Both the position numbers and the translations under genes were made by a program. Below the pieces are notes generated by a model. The model ran no database searches. It was not told the DNA's origin and saw only the letters and a list, made by a program, of their open reading frames with translations. DNA of 64,000 nt from Sporopachydermia quercuum (lineage: Eukaryota). The stretch is from the NCBI GenBank assembly GCA_001599295.1, contig BCGN01000001.1, forward strand, positions 1,178,001-1,242,000, given 5' to 3'. This document shows, one piece after another, positions 10,557-22,115 of the stretch (the first letter of the stretch is position 1; each line of letters opens with the position of its first letter).

Positions 10557-12563
10557 TCAAAAGCTCAGACAATTACTAGATTGAGCATAGGTTAACCGCA
10601 ATAAATAATTATCTTCGCCATGTTTGTCGATAAGGTTTTGAACAAGTTTCGACCTCTTCGTTGATGAGATTTTTGGGTTCAAAATTCTTTTCAGAGCAAA
10701 ATCATCTCCAGTGGTCCAAATGCCCGGGGTATCAGGGAAAAGATCGTCCAGTGATTGATCCTCTTCTTTCCCATAATCAGATGAAAACACCATTTCATAC
10801 TTTTCAATAAGCTTTTCAGTGTCATTATAATCTATGCCTATTAATGCTTCATATACTTCTCTTGCAGTCATTGCTTCTATTTCGTACCGATTACAGAGAT
10901 AATCAATATGATCAGCCAGAAGTTTTTCGTATTCATCAAATCCAAGATTGAGGTCAGGTCTAAGAGGAATTATATCATTTTTTGTCTCATCATGTTGTCC
11001 ATGATCCGGAATTGCTGATTCTGAATCAGAAGAAGTTGCTTCTATTCTATCAAGTGCTGGTGTCAGATGATCTCCATCACGCTCAATAGTACTTGTAGAT
11101 TTCTCTAGTATATTGAACATCTTCGAACCTTTGAACAGGCTTATCTGGGTATTTACTTCTGATCTTCTGATCTCTGTGGGCTGCTGAGCTGTATTTGATT
11201 TGTTCGCAGCAAGGGTTTGAATTTTCTCTAGTATAGAGGCTGATATACTGCTGCTAGCAAACTTTGACGGCGACTGTGATGCATCAGTTTCTTCTTCGAT
11301 TGGATCATTGGACTCATTCGGTTGTAGTTGTGGTATTAATGAATTCATATCCATCCGTTGACGTTTACTGTCAGGTTCATCGTTTGAGTTTTGTTGTGTA
11401 GAGTTGATGGTGTTTCCTGAGTCAGATAATTGTGATGAATGTTGCGATTGAAGAATAGCAGATTCTACTTGTGAGCTGATTTCGTTTGAATCGTTGCTTT
11501 GAGTAGCTATTTCCGAAATGCTTCCGGAAATGTTCTCCTGCTGCTGTATCTCAGGAATATCTTCAAGAATGTCTTCATTAGAATCTTGCTGTGTTTGTTC
11601 GATCATTGATGGTGTATCATCTGTTGTACTATGATCCAATTGCCGGGGTGGGGATGATGTTCTTTCTTGTGTTTGGTTTTCTCTATTTAGAGAGAGGTCC
11701 TCGTCAGGCTCATTATTTCGTCTGATGCCCATAGTTTCATTGTTATTCGAAGAGGCAGTAGTAGTAGCATTCACACTGAGAGATTCATCGATCTGAGGTC
11801 CATTATCAACTCTAGCAGATTCAGCATCTATTTGAGCCTTAGCCTTGCTCTCTCGACTTGAAGCCTTCTTTGGACTTGATACCTCTTCTTTAGGACTTGG
11901 TGTGTCATCATTTTCAGCGGGTTCATGCTCAATCAATGCTGCTTCCGGAGCAGGCATATAACTTCTTCTTATTTTAAGATCAGAAGGAAGTTTACTAGGA
12001 CGCCAATACTTAGGCGGGTGATCAACATATTCTCCTTTTTCAACCTTCTCCCAGTAAGGTTTCGCTTTCCCAATATCAAATCTTCTTTTATCGGCCAAAA
12101 TCCGTAATTTATAACGAACAGCATCAAATGACCGGCTTGATCCCATCTGTCTCACTATTTCAAACACTGTTTCACGTTCTGTTTTATTTTGCGCTCTATA
12201 TTCTCTGCAAATAGATTCCATCAAATCTTCTTCATCAGATGTGTAGTTGATTGGTCTCCCTGTTGATGTAGTANTTATACCTACCCGAAAATTAACCAAT
12301 GAAGGTAGCTTGTTGTCATGAACAGCTTTGTATAAAAATTCCAGTTTAAATATTTGACATCGTATATTAACAGGCATTGGAGCTCCTTCTTGATATAGAA
12401 CAATATCTGCATTTCTTGTTGACTGTACTATTTCACCCCCACCTTTAAGAATTAGCTTCTCTAATAGCTCTATTCTTGGTGAACGAGGAGGTAAAATTCT
12501 TATTTTCAGAGGTTCGTCATCTTTCGTGAAAAGGTCACTCGCTATTGTTTTTTGAGCTGCCAT
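10557..12563 (-). CDS. RAP1: Rap1-like telomere protein, paralogue B: BRCT + single Myb-like repeat + acidic S/Q-rich linker + RCT, 668 aa
   Basis: BRCT-like LFTKDDEPL...LEKLILKGGGEIV...NADIVL; Myb-like NYTSDEED...RSFDAVRYKLRIL; RCT signature TPGIWTTGDDFAL...LIDKHG...R. Confidence 0.75.
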   Translation of the reverse strand: MAAQKTIASDLFTKDDEPLKIRILPPRSPRIELLEKLILKGGGEIVQSTRNADIVLYQEGAPMPVNIRCQIFKLEFLYKAVHDNKLPSLVNFRVGIXTTSTGRPINYTSDEEDLMESICREYRAQNKTERETVFEIVRQMGSSRSFDAVRYKLRILADKRRFDIGKAKPYWEKVEKGEYVDHPPKYWRPSKLPSDLKIRRSYMPAPEAALIEHEPAENDDTPSPKEEVSSPKKASSRESKAKAQIDAESARVDNGPQIDESLSVNATTTASSNNNETMGIRRNNEPDEDLSLNRENQTQERTSSPPRQLDHSTTDDTPSMIEQTQQDSNEDILEDIPEIQQQENISGSISEIATQSNDSNEISSQVESAILQSQHSSQLSDSGNTINSTQQNSNDEPDSKRQRMDMNSLIPQLQPNESNDPIEEETDASQSPSKFASSSISASILEKIQTLAANKSNTAQQPTEIRRSEVNTQISLFKGSKMFNILEKSTSTIERDGDHLTPALDRIEATSSDSESAIPDHGQHDETKNDIIPLRPDLNLGFDEYEKLLADHIDYLCNRYEIEAMTAREVYEALIGIDYNDTEKLIEKYEMVFSSDYGKEEDQSLDDLFPDTPGIWTTGDDFALKRILNPKISSTKRSKLVQNLIDKHGEDNYLLRLTYAQSSNCLSF

Positions 12564-13618
12564 ATTGGTGTAATGCTTTTGTTTTTAAAGATTGCTGTTT
12601 GTCATTACTTGATAGTTATTCTTTATCGCGCCTAATATGTTTGTTCTACTTATTCAAAGGAAAATGCTATCTGAGTACATATAAACGAAATGAATCAAAC
12701 ATCAGATTGCCAAAGTAAAAGGCAATCCTTTTGATTTGAGCCGTGATACTCTGATTGCGGTCAGATGTGAAGAANAAAAAACTCTTGTCATCACCGACGA
12801 GGTGTTCGAACAGTATAAACTATTGATATCAGAAAAGTAAACAAAAATTATTAGAGAAGAGGCCCGCATCTACGCGGAAGTTAAGTTTCATGCAATACTA
12901 TGCACGTATAGCTTTTTAGGACAGTTCAAGGGGACCATGGGACAAAGTTGCTTCAAAAGAAAATATATTTAGCTGCACTCACTGTTAATGACTGTGTACC
13001 TAGAATAAAATAATTTTATATTATTAGCTGTATATTCTTGAGTTTTATTACTTCCGAAATGTAACCTCAATTAGATCTAATCACTTTCTATTTNAGTGTC
13101 ATGAAGTACATCCTCAGCTTCATTTGCACAATCTTACAGTATCTTGCATATACTTCAATACACTTGCATATCCATCAATTTACTTATTGTTCAGTTTAGT
13201 TCTCTCAAAGAGATCTACACTATACTATCAACCAAAAGAAGAATAGCAATTCCCTACTATTATTCTTATAATGTATACTACTAACATAACAACAATAGTT
13301 TATTTTCGANAATCATGGACTTGTCTTTATTCCTACTTCACAATAAAATCTCAGGAACAGCCCCTTCAACCTCACTAATAAGCGTTTACATAATCTAAAA
13401 ACAATCTTAATCGATCTGATCTGCAAAGCCGTAACCAGAAACAACAACAAAATGGCTATTCATTGAATTCACGTCTGTTGATCTGCATGTTATTTGTTAC
13501 TTAAAAACTATTCTTTTAATCTTTTAAGTCGTGATAAACTTCTTGAATCCACACTCTTTCAAGTTGAAGGAACGTTGATAGCAAAATCAAGTAATTATGG
13601 TTTCAATGAGCTAACAGA

Positions 13619-14384
13619 ATGAGTATAACCTTCTTGTGCATAGCAGTATTGGCTCTGGTGAACATAGTGGTTATTCGGATAGCAATTCTGTTGCCAACTC
13701 TCCAATCTCAACCAGATATAAATAAAACGAAAAGGCATGGAGAACGGACAAAGTTGATGGTTTTCCTTGGGTCAGGAGGCCATACTGGTGAAATGTTCCG
13801 AATGATAGATAAGCTTGATCTCAGTAATTACTTTGAAAGGTATTATATTTACTCTTCAGGCGATAATACATCTAGAGAGAAAGCGGAAAAGTACGAAGAA
13901 CAGAAATGCTCGAAATTGGATGTGGGAGCAAACTCTAGATCTTACAAGCTTTACGAAGTTGTCAGAGCTCGAAAAGTTGGTCAATCATGGATTAGCACAC
14001 CTTTTACTACTGTGATGAGTTTACTGAGTTGTTTGAGGATAGCACTTTTAAGTCCTGAGGTGATCGTTTGTAATGGACCGGGAACAACAGTTCCTTTGTG
14101 TTACCTTTTGTTCTTGTTAAATGTATGTGTGATATGCTTTTCATTTATGAACTAACTTTATGGGAACCGTTAAAGTTTCATTCTGGTACTAACCAAATGG
14201 ATTATAGGTTGTCGGTTCGAATAAAACAAGAATAGTATATATTGAATCTTTGGCTCGGGTGCAATCATTATCATTAACTGGAAAACTTCTTTTGCCAATC
14301 GCCAACAGGTTTATTGTTCAATGGGAACAATTGAGATACAAGTATGGTAAAGGTAGACTAGAGTATTATGGGATCTTAGTTTGA
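13619..14384 (+). CDS. ALG14: UDP-GlcNAc transferase subunit Alg14; exons 13619-14122 and 14208-14384
   Basis: VFLGSGGHTGEM, RARKVGQS, CNGPGT motifs; splicing restores C-terminal IVYIESLARVQSLSLTGKLL...FIVQW. Confidence 0.93.
14123..14207 (+). other. Spliceosomal intron (ALG14), 85 nt
   Basis: GTATGT donor, TACTAAC at 14187-14193, TAG acceptor; phase 0 keeps frame. Confidence 0.92.
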
Positions 14385-15166
14385 AACCAGAGAAGATTAG
14401 AATGAACAAAAAGAAGCAAACGAAGAAACCCAAGACAACAATCTGAACATGAAGCTAGGAGAATCCCCTGTACTGAAGCTCTATTTATGTGGTCCTTGCA
14501 TTTAATCATTCGTTTGCTTATTTATATTATTTATATTTAATAGTAATTTGCATCAAATTCATTAATGGACTCTCTCATTGAACTAAGAAAAATGTCTTTC
14601 AACTTTTGCATTCATCATCTACAATCTCAATTTGTTAGTTATACTCCTAGAAGAGTTCAGCATTTACCTTTACAATTTTCAACATTCTTTTCATCTGTCT
14701 TCATGAAGTTAGCTCTCAATTGTTTCTTTGTTTATCATCTTCATCATTTATTCATCTTANGGTTATTTAGAGGTTGATCCCTGTTTTATATGATTATGTG
14801 ATCCAATAATTGCCCAATTTCATCAATGAGTTGCTCCGCATCCTTCCATGTCATGAATGACAAGACAAATACGCAATGAAAAAAAACTCAATTGTTCATG
14901 ACAAACTATACCAAACAATTGCTGTACGAAAAATGACTAAGACGTCGCACCTATAATGTAATACTCCCTTATATGGGTGCTTGACAGGCAGACCATTCCG
15001 ATATGAAAGACAATTGAGCTGTACTTCTTTCTTCTTCCTTGTTTCAAATAGTTTCTTGTTTTTTCAATTTATATCGAAAGCATTGAATTCCGAATCAAAG
15101 TAATCTGAATTGAACGAACAAGTATTTGATTAACACAAAGATATTTCTAATTTACAAACTATCAAA

Positions 15167-16086
15167 ATGGTAAGTAGATTGTTGACGGAATAGAAGGAGG
15201 AGATGGGATGGGATCATGATTGATGAATCCGAATTGCTTGAAAGATATATACGAATACGGAACATTAAGAACAGAAAGCGAACAATGGTCAGAACATTCC
15301 TACAAACAATTAAACATTACTAACAGTTACAATTAGGCTCGTATTTTTTTTGTTGGAGGTAACTTCAAGATGAACGGCAGTCTAGCCAGCATCAAGAAGA
15401 TTGTTGATGATTTGAATGCTGCAGATTTACCTTCTAATGTTGAAGTTGTTATCTCACCACCTGCACCTTATCTTGCTTTAGCTGCTGCTGAAAACAAACA
15501 ACCTACTGTTTCTGTTGCTGCTCAAAATGCTTTCAACAAGGCATCTGGTGCTTACACTGGTGAAATCTCAGTTGAAAGCATCAAGGATGTTGGTGCCAAG
15601 TGGGTTATTCTTGGTCATTCTGAACGACGAACTATCATCAAGGAATCTTCTGAATTCATTGCCGACAAGACTAAGTTTGCCCTTGATAATGGCGTTCCTG
15701 TTATCTTATGTATCGGCGAAACTTTGGAAGAACGTCAATCTGGCAAGACTTTGGATGTTTGCAAGTCTCAATTGGAGCCTGTCATTGCTAAGTTGACTGC
15801 TGATGACTGGAAGAACGTTGTCATTGCCTACGAACCTGTCTGGGCTATTGGTACCGGTTTGGCTGCTACCCCTGACGATGCTCAAGAAACCCATAAGGGT
15901 ATTAGAGCTTATTTGAAGGAAAAGCTAGGTGAGGAAATCGCCGAAAGCGTTAGAATCTTGTATGGTGGCTCCGTCAATGGCAAGAATGCTACTACTTTCA
16001 AGGACAAGGCTGATATTGACGGTTTCTTGGTTGGTGGTGCTTCCCTCAAGCCTGAATTCATTGATATTATCAAGAGCAGAATCTAA
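15167..16086 (+). CDS. TPI1: Triosephosphate isomerase; exon 1 is the ATG only (15167-15169), exon 2 15337-16086
   Basis: Spliced N-terminus [41 protein letters not shown] motifs; strongly biased codons. Confidence 0.97.
15170..15336 (+). other. Spliceosomal intron directly after TPI1 ATG, 167 nt
   Basis: ATG|GTAAGT, TACTAAC 15318-15324, TAG|GCT CGT in frame. Confidence 0.93.
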
Positions 16087-18002
16087 ACAGGCTTCAGTTT
16101 ATAATATCATCCTTTGAATCGTATTTTTTGATGATCTTACGTATGGGATTACTCAATTCTACCGAATTGTTTATTTGTAATTGTCCTACTTATTAAATGT
16201 AGCTTCCAAAAGCTCAATTATGTCTATGAACATTAACTATTGTAATTTTCTTGACTGTAATAACCCGGCTTATACCATAAATACGTCTACAATCAAATGT
16301 AGGACAACCTGTTCAATTGCATCCATTTCGCTTGCACATCTTGAGCTTGTCTAAAAACAGATATATCTTTACAATCACACCCAATCATCAACGGTGGTTC
16401 TTAGTGTTGATGTAATCAAAAATAGACATGGAGTGAAGAACAAAAAACGACTTGGTTCTTCATCCTCACATCAAATTCATCACAGAATAAGCGAAGCTGT
16501 ACTTTGACTGGGATAATACATAAAGCCGAGATTGGTCTTCTTAGTAGGTAGTGATAAGAAACTCGAAGATCCAATAAAGGTTTTTTTTGCACATATTGCA
16601 TGAAAGCCAAGGGCTAGTCAATTTCCTGCGGGTATTTTTTCTTCCACCTCCGCGTGGAAGAACATATGTTCCCGTATGTTTCCTTGTTTGACGTACGTTC
16701 CTGCAGAGCACATTTGCTAGTCTTTTCAGTGCAGTTTTTGTCTGTTCGTATTTTTACAGTANATCACTACCCACCCATACTCTCTAATAAAAGGTTACTT
16801 GGTAGCATTCTGCAAGATACAGCGCTTGTTCCGCTTTTCCCAGTTATTCTTTTTTCCCATCTAGCAAGAGTGCTCATTTCAACACTAAGTATCCCCTCAT
16901 TTCTTATCAGTTTTATTCCATACAACAAAAAACTCACACAAAAGTGACCATATTCCTACGTATTTATGTGATATCCCTGCACCTCGGGTGACCTACGTAA
17001 ACTCTACAGGTACGTCATTGCCCGTAGTTGGAACGTATTATAACTACGAAACACTCATAAAATATTCACTATTACAAAGGGAGTGTTAGTGTGTTAGTGA
17101 AATTTTTGAAATCATATATCATAAGCAGTCTAATTATATACGTTTCTTACTTTTCTTTTAATAACAAACCAACTATCTCGTTTCTTCTCCCTACATTGTT
17201 ACTACAAAGGTAAGCTTTAGCGGCTGATCATGTGACCAGAACATTTTTGTCCCATTTCCCATTTAATATTCGGTACTTCACCTCAGTTGTTGATTGTAAG
17301 CAATCCTTACAATAGGAAGTATAATAATTCTTGGCTTCTCCTCCTACAAACAAAAGAGCAGAAAGAAGGGTAATAAACCAGCTAGTTATTCGTTATCAAA
17401 ATTATTGTCATTGCAAATCGGAACTTGAATCACTTGCGTATGAGGATTATGGAGAGGGATTAAGAGAAAGAGATTGGCTGCACGATAGTTATCCACGCGG
17501 TGTCGTTAGCTGAAGTGATAGATTCTAAGCAAGTCATTTAGTGACGATCTAAAATAGGTGCCTTAGTGAAAATTGAATTGGGCTTATAGCTGTTCTAAGT
17601 CCAGTTAGTGTCTCTATTTGGTGAATAGATGTTCTGGTAATCTCAAGCAAATTTATCTGCATTGTTGATTGTATATGAGCTTTTCATTGATCACGAGAAA
17701 GTTAGTTTTCTAGAGCAGGTTAATAATCAGAATCATTTTCAATCTGTTATTACTATCATTACCTATCGAACTATACAATAAAGGTACAAAGAGTTTTGTT
17801 AAAATCATCTAATATTTAACTGGGATAACATATACCACGAATTGTATTGCTTGATATACAGGTTTCACAGAACGATAACAACCACAAGTTTTGTTACCTG
17901 GTTGGTAGCGTCCACCAATATTCAGCGCAGTTCTATACGCAACATCGCTGAAAGAATTTTTACTCACTTCTGTATATTATATTTGTAACTGCATGCCTCA
18001 AC

Positions 18003-20324
18003 ATGGATTCTCAGATTAATCGGTCATTAGGATCGTTATCATTGAATTCCCAAGGAACGGAACGAGAACTTCAGAGCTCATCACCAAATCTAATGAATGC
18101 GAGTGCACGCCTTGACTCATTTGCTAAAAGTTTTGAAAACCAAACACAGCAGCAACATCAACAAAATGAACGGAACTATTCTTTTGCTAACTCCAATTTT
18201 GGAAGCTACAATGATAGCAATTTTAATCCTGCTAACAATAGCTACTCAAACACTATGCACAATCATTCTCTTTCAATGAACAACTCAGCTCCAAAAACTA
18301 ATTTCAACAACTTCAGCTCAGGCGTTCATGTGATCAAGAATGAACCTGTGTCTAGCACAATCCCACAATTTCAAACTGCCCATCAATTGAATGTCATTCA
18401 TCCTGTGAGGTCTAATTACTCAGAGATTTCTCAATCTACGAAATCAATTGTTAGCAAAATGCATCAACCGATACCATCTACAGATCGAAGATCTCCTTTT
18501 CATACACCTGTTCCTATAAACTCAAATCCTACTGAAATACTTGCTTCTAGGTTTCAAATCTGGAGAAAAATTATTAGAGGTCTCAATTCGTACTTTCTAG
18601 AGTTTGCTAATGTCCAAGAGGAAGTAGTTAGGCAACACATACGTTTAGCACATGCTGTTAACTTTCCTTTCTTTCAAAACGGGGGAGTGACTTCTGGAAA
18701 TAGATCATCTGGTTCATCTGGTCCTGGTGAAGTAGAGCAAGATTTTCTTGCTGCTAAGAAGTTCTTTCTAGGATCTGGATCGGGAAGCATTCGAGATGTT
18801 CCAGGAACTTTCCTAGCCTTCCATAAAATATCAGCTGCTAATTCATCTAGGATAGCAAGAGAATTACACCAAATTGTAATTCCTCGTTTGGAAGAATTAC
18901 GCAGAGATCTTTTGGTGAAAATCAAGGAAATAAGAAGCTTGGCTTCTGATTTCAAGAATACAGTGGCTAAAGAACAAGCGTTAACTGGAAGAGATTTAGA
19001 AAACTATTCTAATGCTCTTGACATTAGCAAAACAAGTACCAGTGCAGTTTTAAACCCCAAAAGAGATCCTTATTTATTAAAACTTGTCATTGATCGACAA
19101 ATCAGAAAACAGATTCTAGAAGAAAATTATCTTCACGAAGCATTTTTGAACCTACAAGGTTCAGCCAAAGAATTGGAAAAAGTTGTTGTTCAAGAGGTTC
19201 AACAATCTCTCATGACATTCTCTAAATTAGTGTCAGTTGAAGCACATACTATTTTGGAATATTTNGTATCAAAGATTGATTCTGGATTCCCAAGTTTAGA
19301 TCCAGCGAAAGAATGGGACGAATTTATCCATCGTGATGTCAATTTTGTGGATCCTGATTTACCATTAAGAAATGTGTCAGACATCATATATTCGCATATG
19401 AATGATCCCATAGCAACAGAGGTTCGTTCAGGTTATTTAGAAAGAAGATCTAAATTCTTAAAAAGCTATACCAGAGGATGGTATGTCTTGACACCATCAT
19501 TCTTTCACGAATTCAAATTCCCTGATAGAAGGAAAGATCCCATTCCTGTTATGTCGTTATCATTAGATGATTGTCAATTATCTGAGCATTCAAAGGCGAA
19601 TTCAGGGTCCGAATCTTCCAAATTTATCTTATTTGCCAAGCAGAATGGTATTATATCCAGAGGTCATAATTGGGTGTTCCGTGCCGATAGTTATGACGAG
19701 ATGCTTGGTTGGTATAGCGACTTGAAAAGCTTAACTGAGTTAAGCGATTCCAGCACTAGAGCAGCTTTCATTAAGAAACGTAAGAGGAAAGCAGCAATGT
19801 CTCAACCTGGATTACAACTTGATTATGGTCCTGACCAAAACCAACATGTATCTCAAGCACAATGGAATAATCTTCTTCAAGACAACCCGGAAGATCAAGA
19901 AATTCCTTTTGAACTGTATGCTCCAGGAAATGATGTGCCTGAAGAGGGTCCTTCTAATACTCCTATTGACGCTACTAATAAAGTTGCATCTGAGGCGATA
20001 CCAGGTCCTGAATCTAAGGATGTTGTTGATGGGATTCTACTGACACCTATTGATTCAGCTGACTTAGATAAAGCTTCATTCATACCAAGACGCAATGACC
20101 ATAGTTTCGTAGAGGAGCAAGAAGAGAAAGAACGTTCTAAGCATAATGCTAATGCTAATGCTAATGCTCACGCAGGTGCTATTGCTGATACTCATGATCA
20201 TGCTGATGTTAATGACAATGGCAATGAATATAATCTTACTAATAATGAGGAAAGCAGAGATGAGAACGAAGTATATCAAGAAAATGTGCCTGGAGAAGAT
20301 CATCATGCACTGAACGGTAACTAA
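18003..20324 (+). CDS. SLM1: Slm1/Slm2-like BAR + PH domain phosphoinositide-binding TORC2 effector, 773 aa
   Basis: PTEILASRF...WR, RSGYLERRSKFLKSYTRGWYVLTPSFFHEFK PH domain, GHNWVFRADSYDEMLGWY. Confidence 0.85.
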   Translation: MDSQINRSLGSLSLNSQGTERELQSSSPNLMNASARLDSFAKSFENQTQQQHQQNERNYSFANSNFGSYNDSNFNPANNSYSNTMHNHSLSMNNSAPKTNFNNFSSGVHVIKNEPVSSTIPQFQTAHQLNVIHPVRSNYSEISQSTKSIVSKMHQPIPSTDRRSPFHTPVPINSNPTEILASRFQIWRKIIRGLNSYFLEFANVQEEVVRQHIRLAHAVNFPFFQNGGVTSGNRSSGSSGPGEVEQDFLAAKKFFLGSGSGSIRDVPGTFLAFHKISAANSSRIARELHQIVIPRLEELRRDLLVKIKEIRSLASDFKNTVAKEQALTGRDLENYSNALDISKTSTSAVLNPKRDPYLLKLVIDRQIRKQILEENYLHEAFLNLQGSAKELEKVVVQEVQQSLMTFSKLVSVEAHTILEYXVSKIDSGFPSLDPAKEWDEFIHRDVNFVDPDLPLRNVSDIIYSHMNDPIATEVRSGYLERRSKFLKSYTRGWYVLTPSFFHEFKFPDRRKDPIPVMSLSLDDCQLSEHSKANSGSESSKFILFAKQNGIISRGHNWVFRADSYDEMLGWYSDLKSLTELSDSSTRAAFIKKRKRKAAMSQPGLQLDYGPDQNQHVSQAQWNNLLQDNPEDQEIPFELYAPGNDVPEEGPSNTPIDATNKVASEAIPGPESKDVVDGILLTPIDSADLDKASFIPRRNDHSFVEEQEEKERSKHNANANANAHAGAIADTHDHADVNDNGNEYNLTNNEESRDENEVYQENVPGEDHHALNGN

Positions 20325-21005
20325 AATGGAATTTTTCACGTTTTTTTCATATGCTTTTACTTTATAAAAACGTGTATTTTGATCGGTATTTATATTGATA
20401 AGCAGGTCAACTGTAGTGTAGATATAAGCACATGCTTGGTCTTGATGATGTTGATAGACCTATGTAGTAATACAGATTACCATCAAGTATAATAGTAAAT
20501 CAGTACAGCAGCAATGTGTTCTAGTATCAAGACAAATTCCAATAGCCAAACGTCAAAAGAACAAAATGAGGGAAGAGAAAGAAAAAAGAAAAAAGAAAGG
20601 ATGAATAGAAATTAACAAAGAAACAGGCAAAATGAGAAGGATTGTGATAGAACGGAGAACAGAATTAAGGAGAATTAAGCAACAACAAAAAAATAAAATA
20701 AAATAATAAAAAAAGAAGTTAAAGACAAGAAATAGCCAAAAAATAATATAAAAAATAATAATACATATCAATCAAACTGATATACAAAATCGATAGCCCA
20801 ACCAGAAAGAAACAGAAGTATAAGACAGTAAATCAATAAATAATAATAACTAAGTAAATGCATTCATAATTGGCAATAAAAACCATCCTAATAGGTACTT
20901 GATAATTGTTGTGATAGTCCAGTAACAAGACTTAAAAAACAGTAATGACCTGAGACTTATCATTGAATGTTCCCAACGAAGGTTACATCAGAAGAAGTTG
21001 ATCAA

Positions 21006-22115
21006 CTATAGATCAGGGTTTGTAACTTGAAAGATCTTTCTACTGTAGTCAGAAGCGTCAGGTAATGATCCAACAGATAACCTTGAAGTACCTAATACAT
21101 CAGGGTTTAACCTTTGGTCAATAGGGTTAACGTACGTACGATTACTGAATGCGTGATGAGGATCATTACTGATGATAGTCTCGGATATCTGCGTGAGAGC
21201 CTTCTCATCAAATCCGTTGCTGTCTTGATCAGATTGTGGACGACGACGACTGAAATAGGCGTACATTATTATTGCAGCCAGAATAATCACACCAGCAATG
21301 ACACCAACAACTATTCCTGCTATAGCTCCACCAGATAGCCCAGAAGAACTTGAAGACTTTGAAGACTCCTCTACTGTGGTTTCTTGAGAGCCACTGGAAG
21401 CAGATGAAGATGTTGATGTGCTAGTAGAAACTACATCAGCTGTAGAATATACCGATGTGACAATAAGACTAGTTTGAGTATTGGTTACAACTCCGGTCAC
21501 TTCGGAAAGCGATTGGGTGATACTACTGCTTGCAGTAGATGATACTGGTGTCGAGGATGTCATTTTTATCGATGTTGCTTTCAGGGACGAAGAACTAGAC
21601 GTCGATGTTTCAGATGTTGTTTCCTCAGAACTTTCCGATGTCGCAGTGGACAAATCTGAAGATGAGGAAGTAGAACTTGAAGCTCTTGTTCCCTCTTCTG
21701 AAGTAGAGCTCTCCAAACTTTCTGATGAGCTTTGGCCCTCATCTTCATCCGCAATAAAATCCGGCGAGGTATAAACGCTGAATGACGAACTGCCGCCGCA
21801 GTTTTCTTCCGGATATCCATTACAAGTAGTAGTACAACTTCCTGTGCCTGATGAATCCACTAAAGATGAAGGTAATGAACTCCCACAGTAACAACTTCCT
21901 CCGTTAAATGTAGCTGCAACTGAATAGCCTGCTGCATTGCAAGTGTCGCTGCAATACTGTGATGTTTGCCAAGTATAATAATTGTTTTGTGTCAGCAGTC
22001 CCGAGACTTCAGTTTCAGAATAACATCCTAGGTAAGAATAGGTGGCTTGGACAGGTAAGGCTTCAAATGCTGACAAGGCCAAAACCGATAACCAAAACGA
22101 ATTCGTGCTCCTCAT
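21006..22115 (-). CDS. WSC1: WSC-domain cell wall stress sensor (Wsc1/Slg1-like), 369 aa
   Basis: Signal peptide, Cys-rich WSC domain (YLGCY...CYCG...CNGYPEENCGG), Ser/Thr stalk, TM GLSGGAIAGIVVGV, tail DYSRKIFQVTNPD. Confidence 0.85.
   Translation of the reverse strand: MRSTNSFWLSVLALSAFEALPVQATYSYLGCYSETEVSGLLTQNNYYTWQTSQYCSDTCNAAGYSVAATFNGGSCYCGSSLPSSLVDSSGTGSCTTTCNGYPEENCGGSSSFSVYTSPDFIADEDEGQSSSESLESSTSEEGTRASSSTSSSSDLSTATSESSEETTSETSTSSSSSLKATSIKMTSSTPVSSTASSSITQSLSEVTGVVTNTQTSLIVTSVYSTADVVSTSTSTSSSASSGSQETTVEESSKSSSSSGLSGGAIAGIVVGVIAGVIILAAIIMYAYFSRRRPQSDQDSNGFDEKALTQISETIISNDPHHAFSNRTYVNPIDQRLNPDVLGTSRLSVGSLPDASDYSRKIFQVTNPDL

Noticed and set aside
9225..11762. Shared TTASSNN peptide between Rap1-A N-terminus and Rap1-B linker
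   Set aside because: Low-complexity, different codons, non-equivalent positions; likely chance
13279..13617. Branchpoint-like TACTAAC...TAG (13279-13298) and GCTAACAG just before ALG14 ATG
   Set aside because: No consensus donor at a plausible distance and ALG14 N-terminus appears complete
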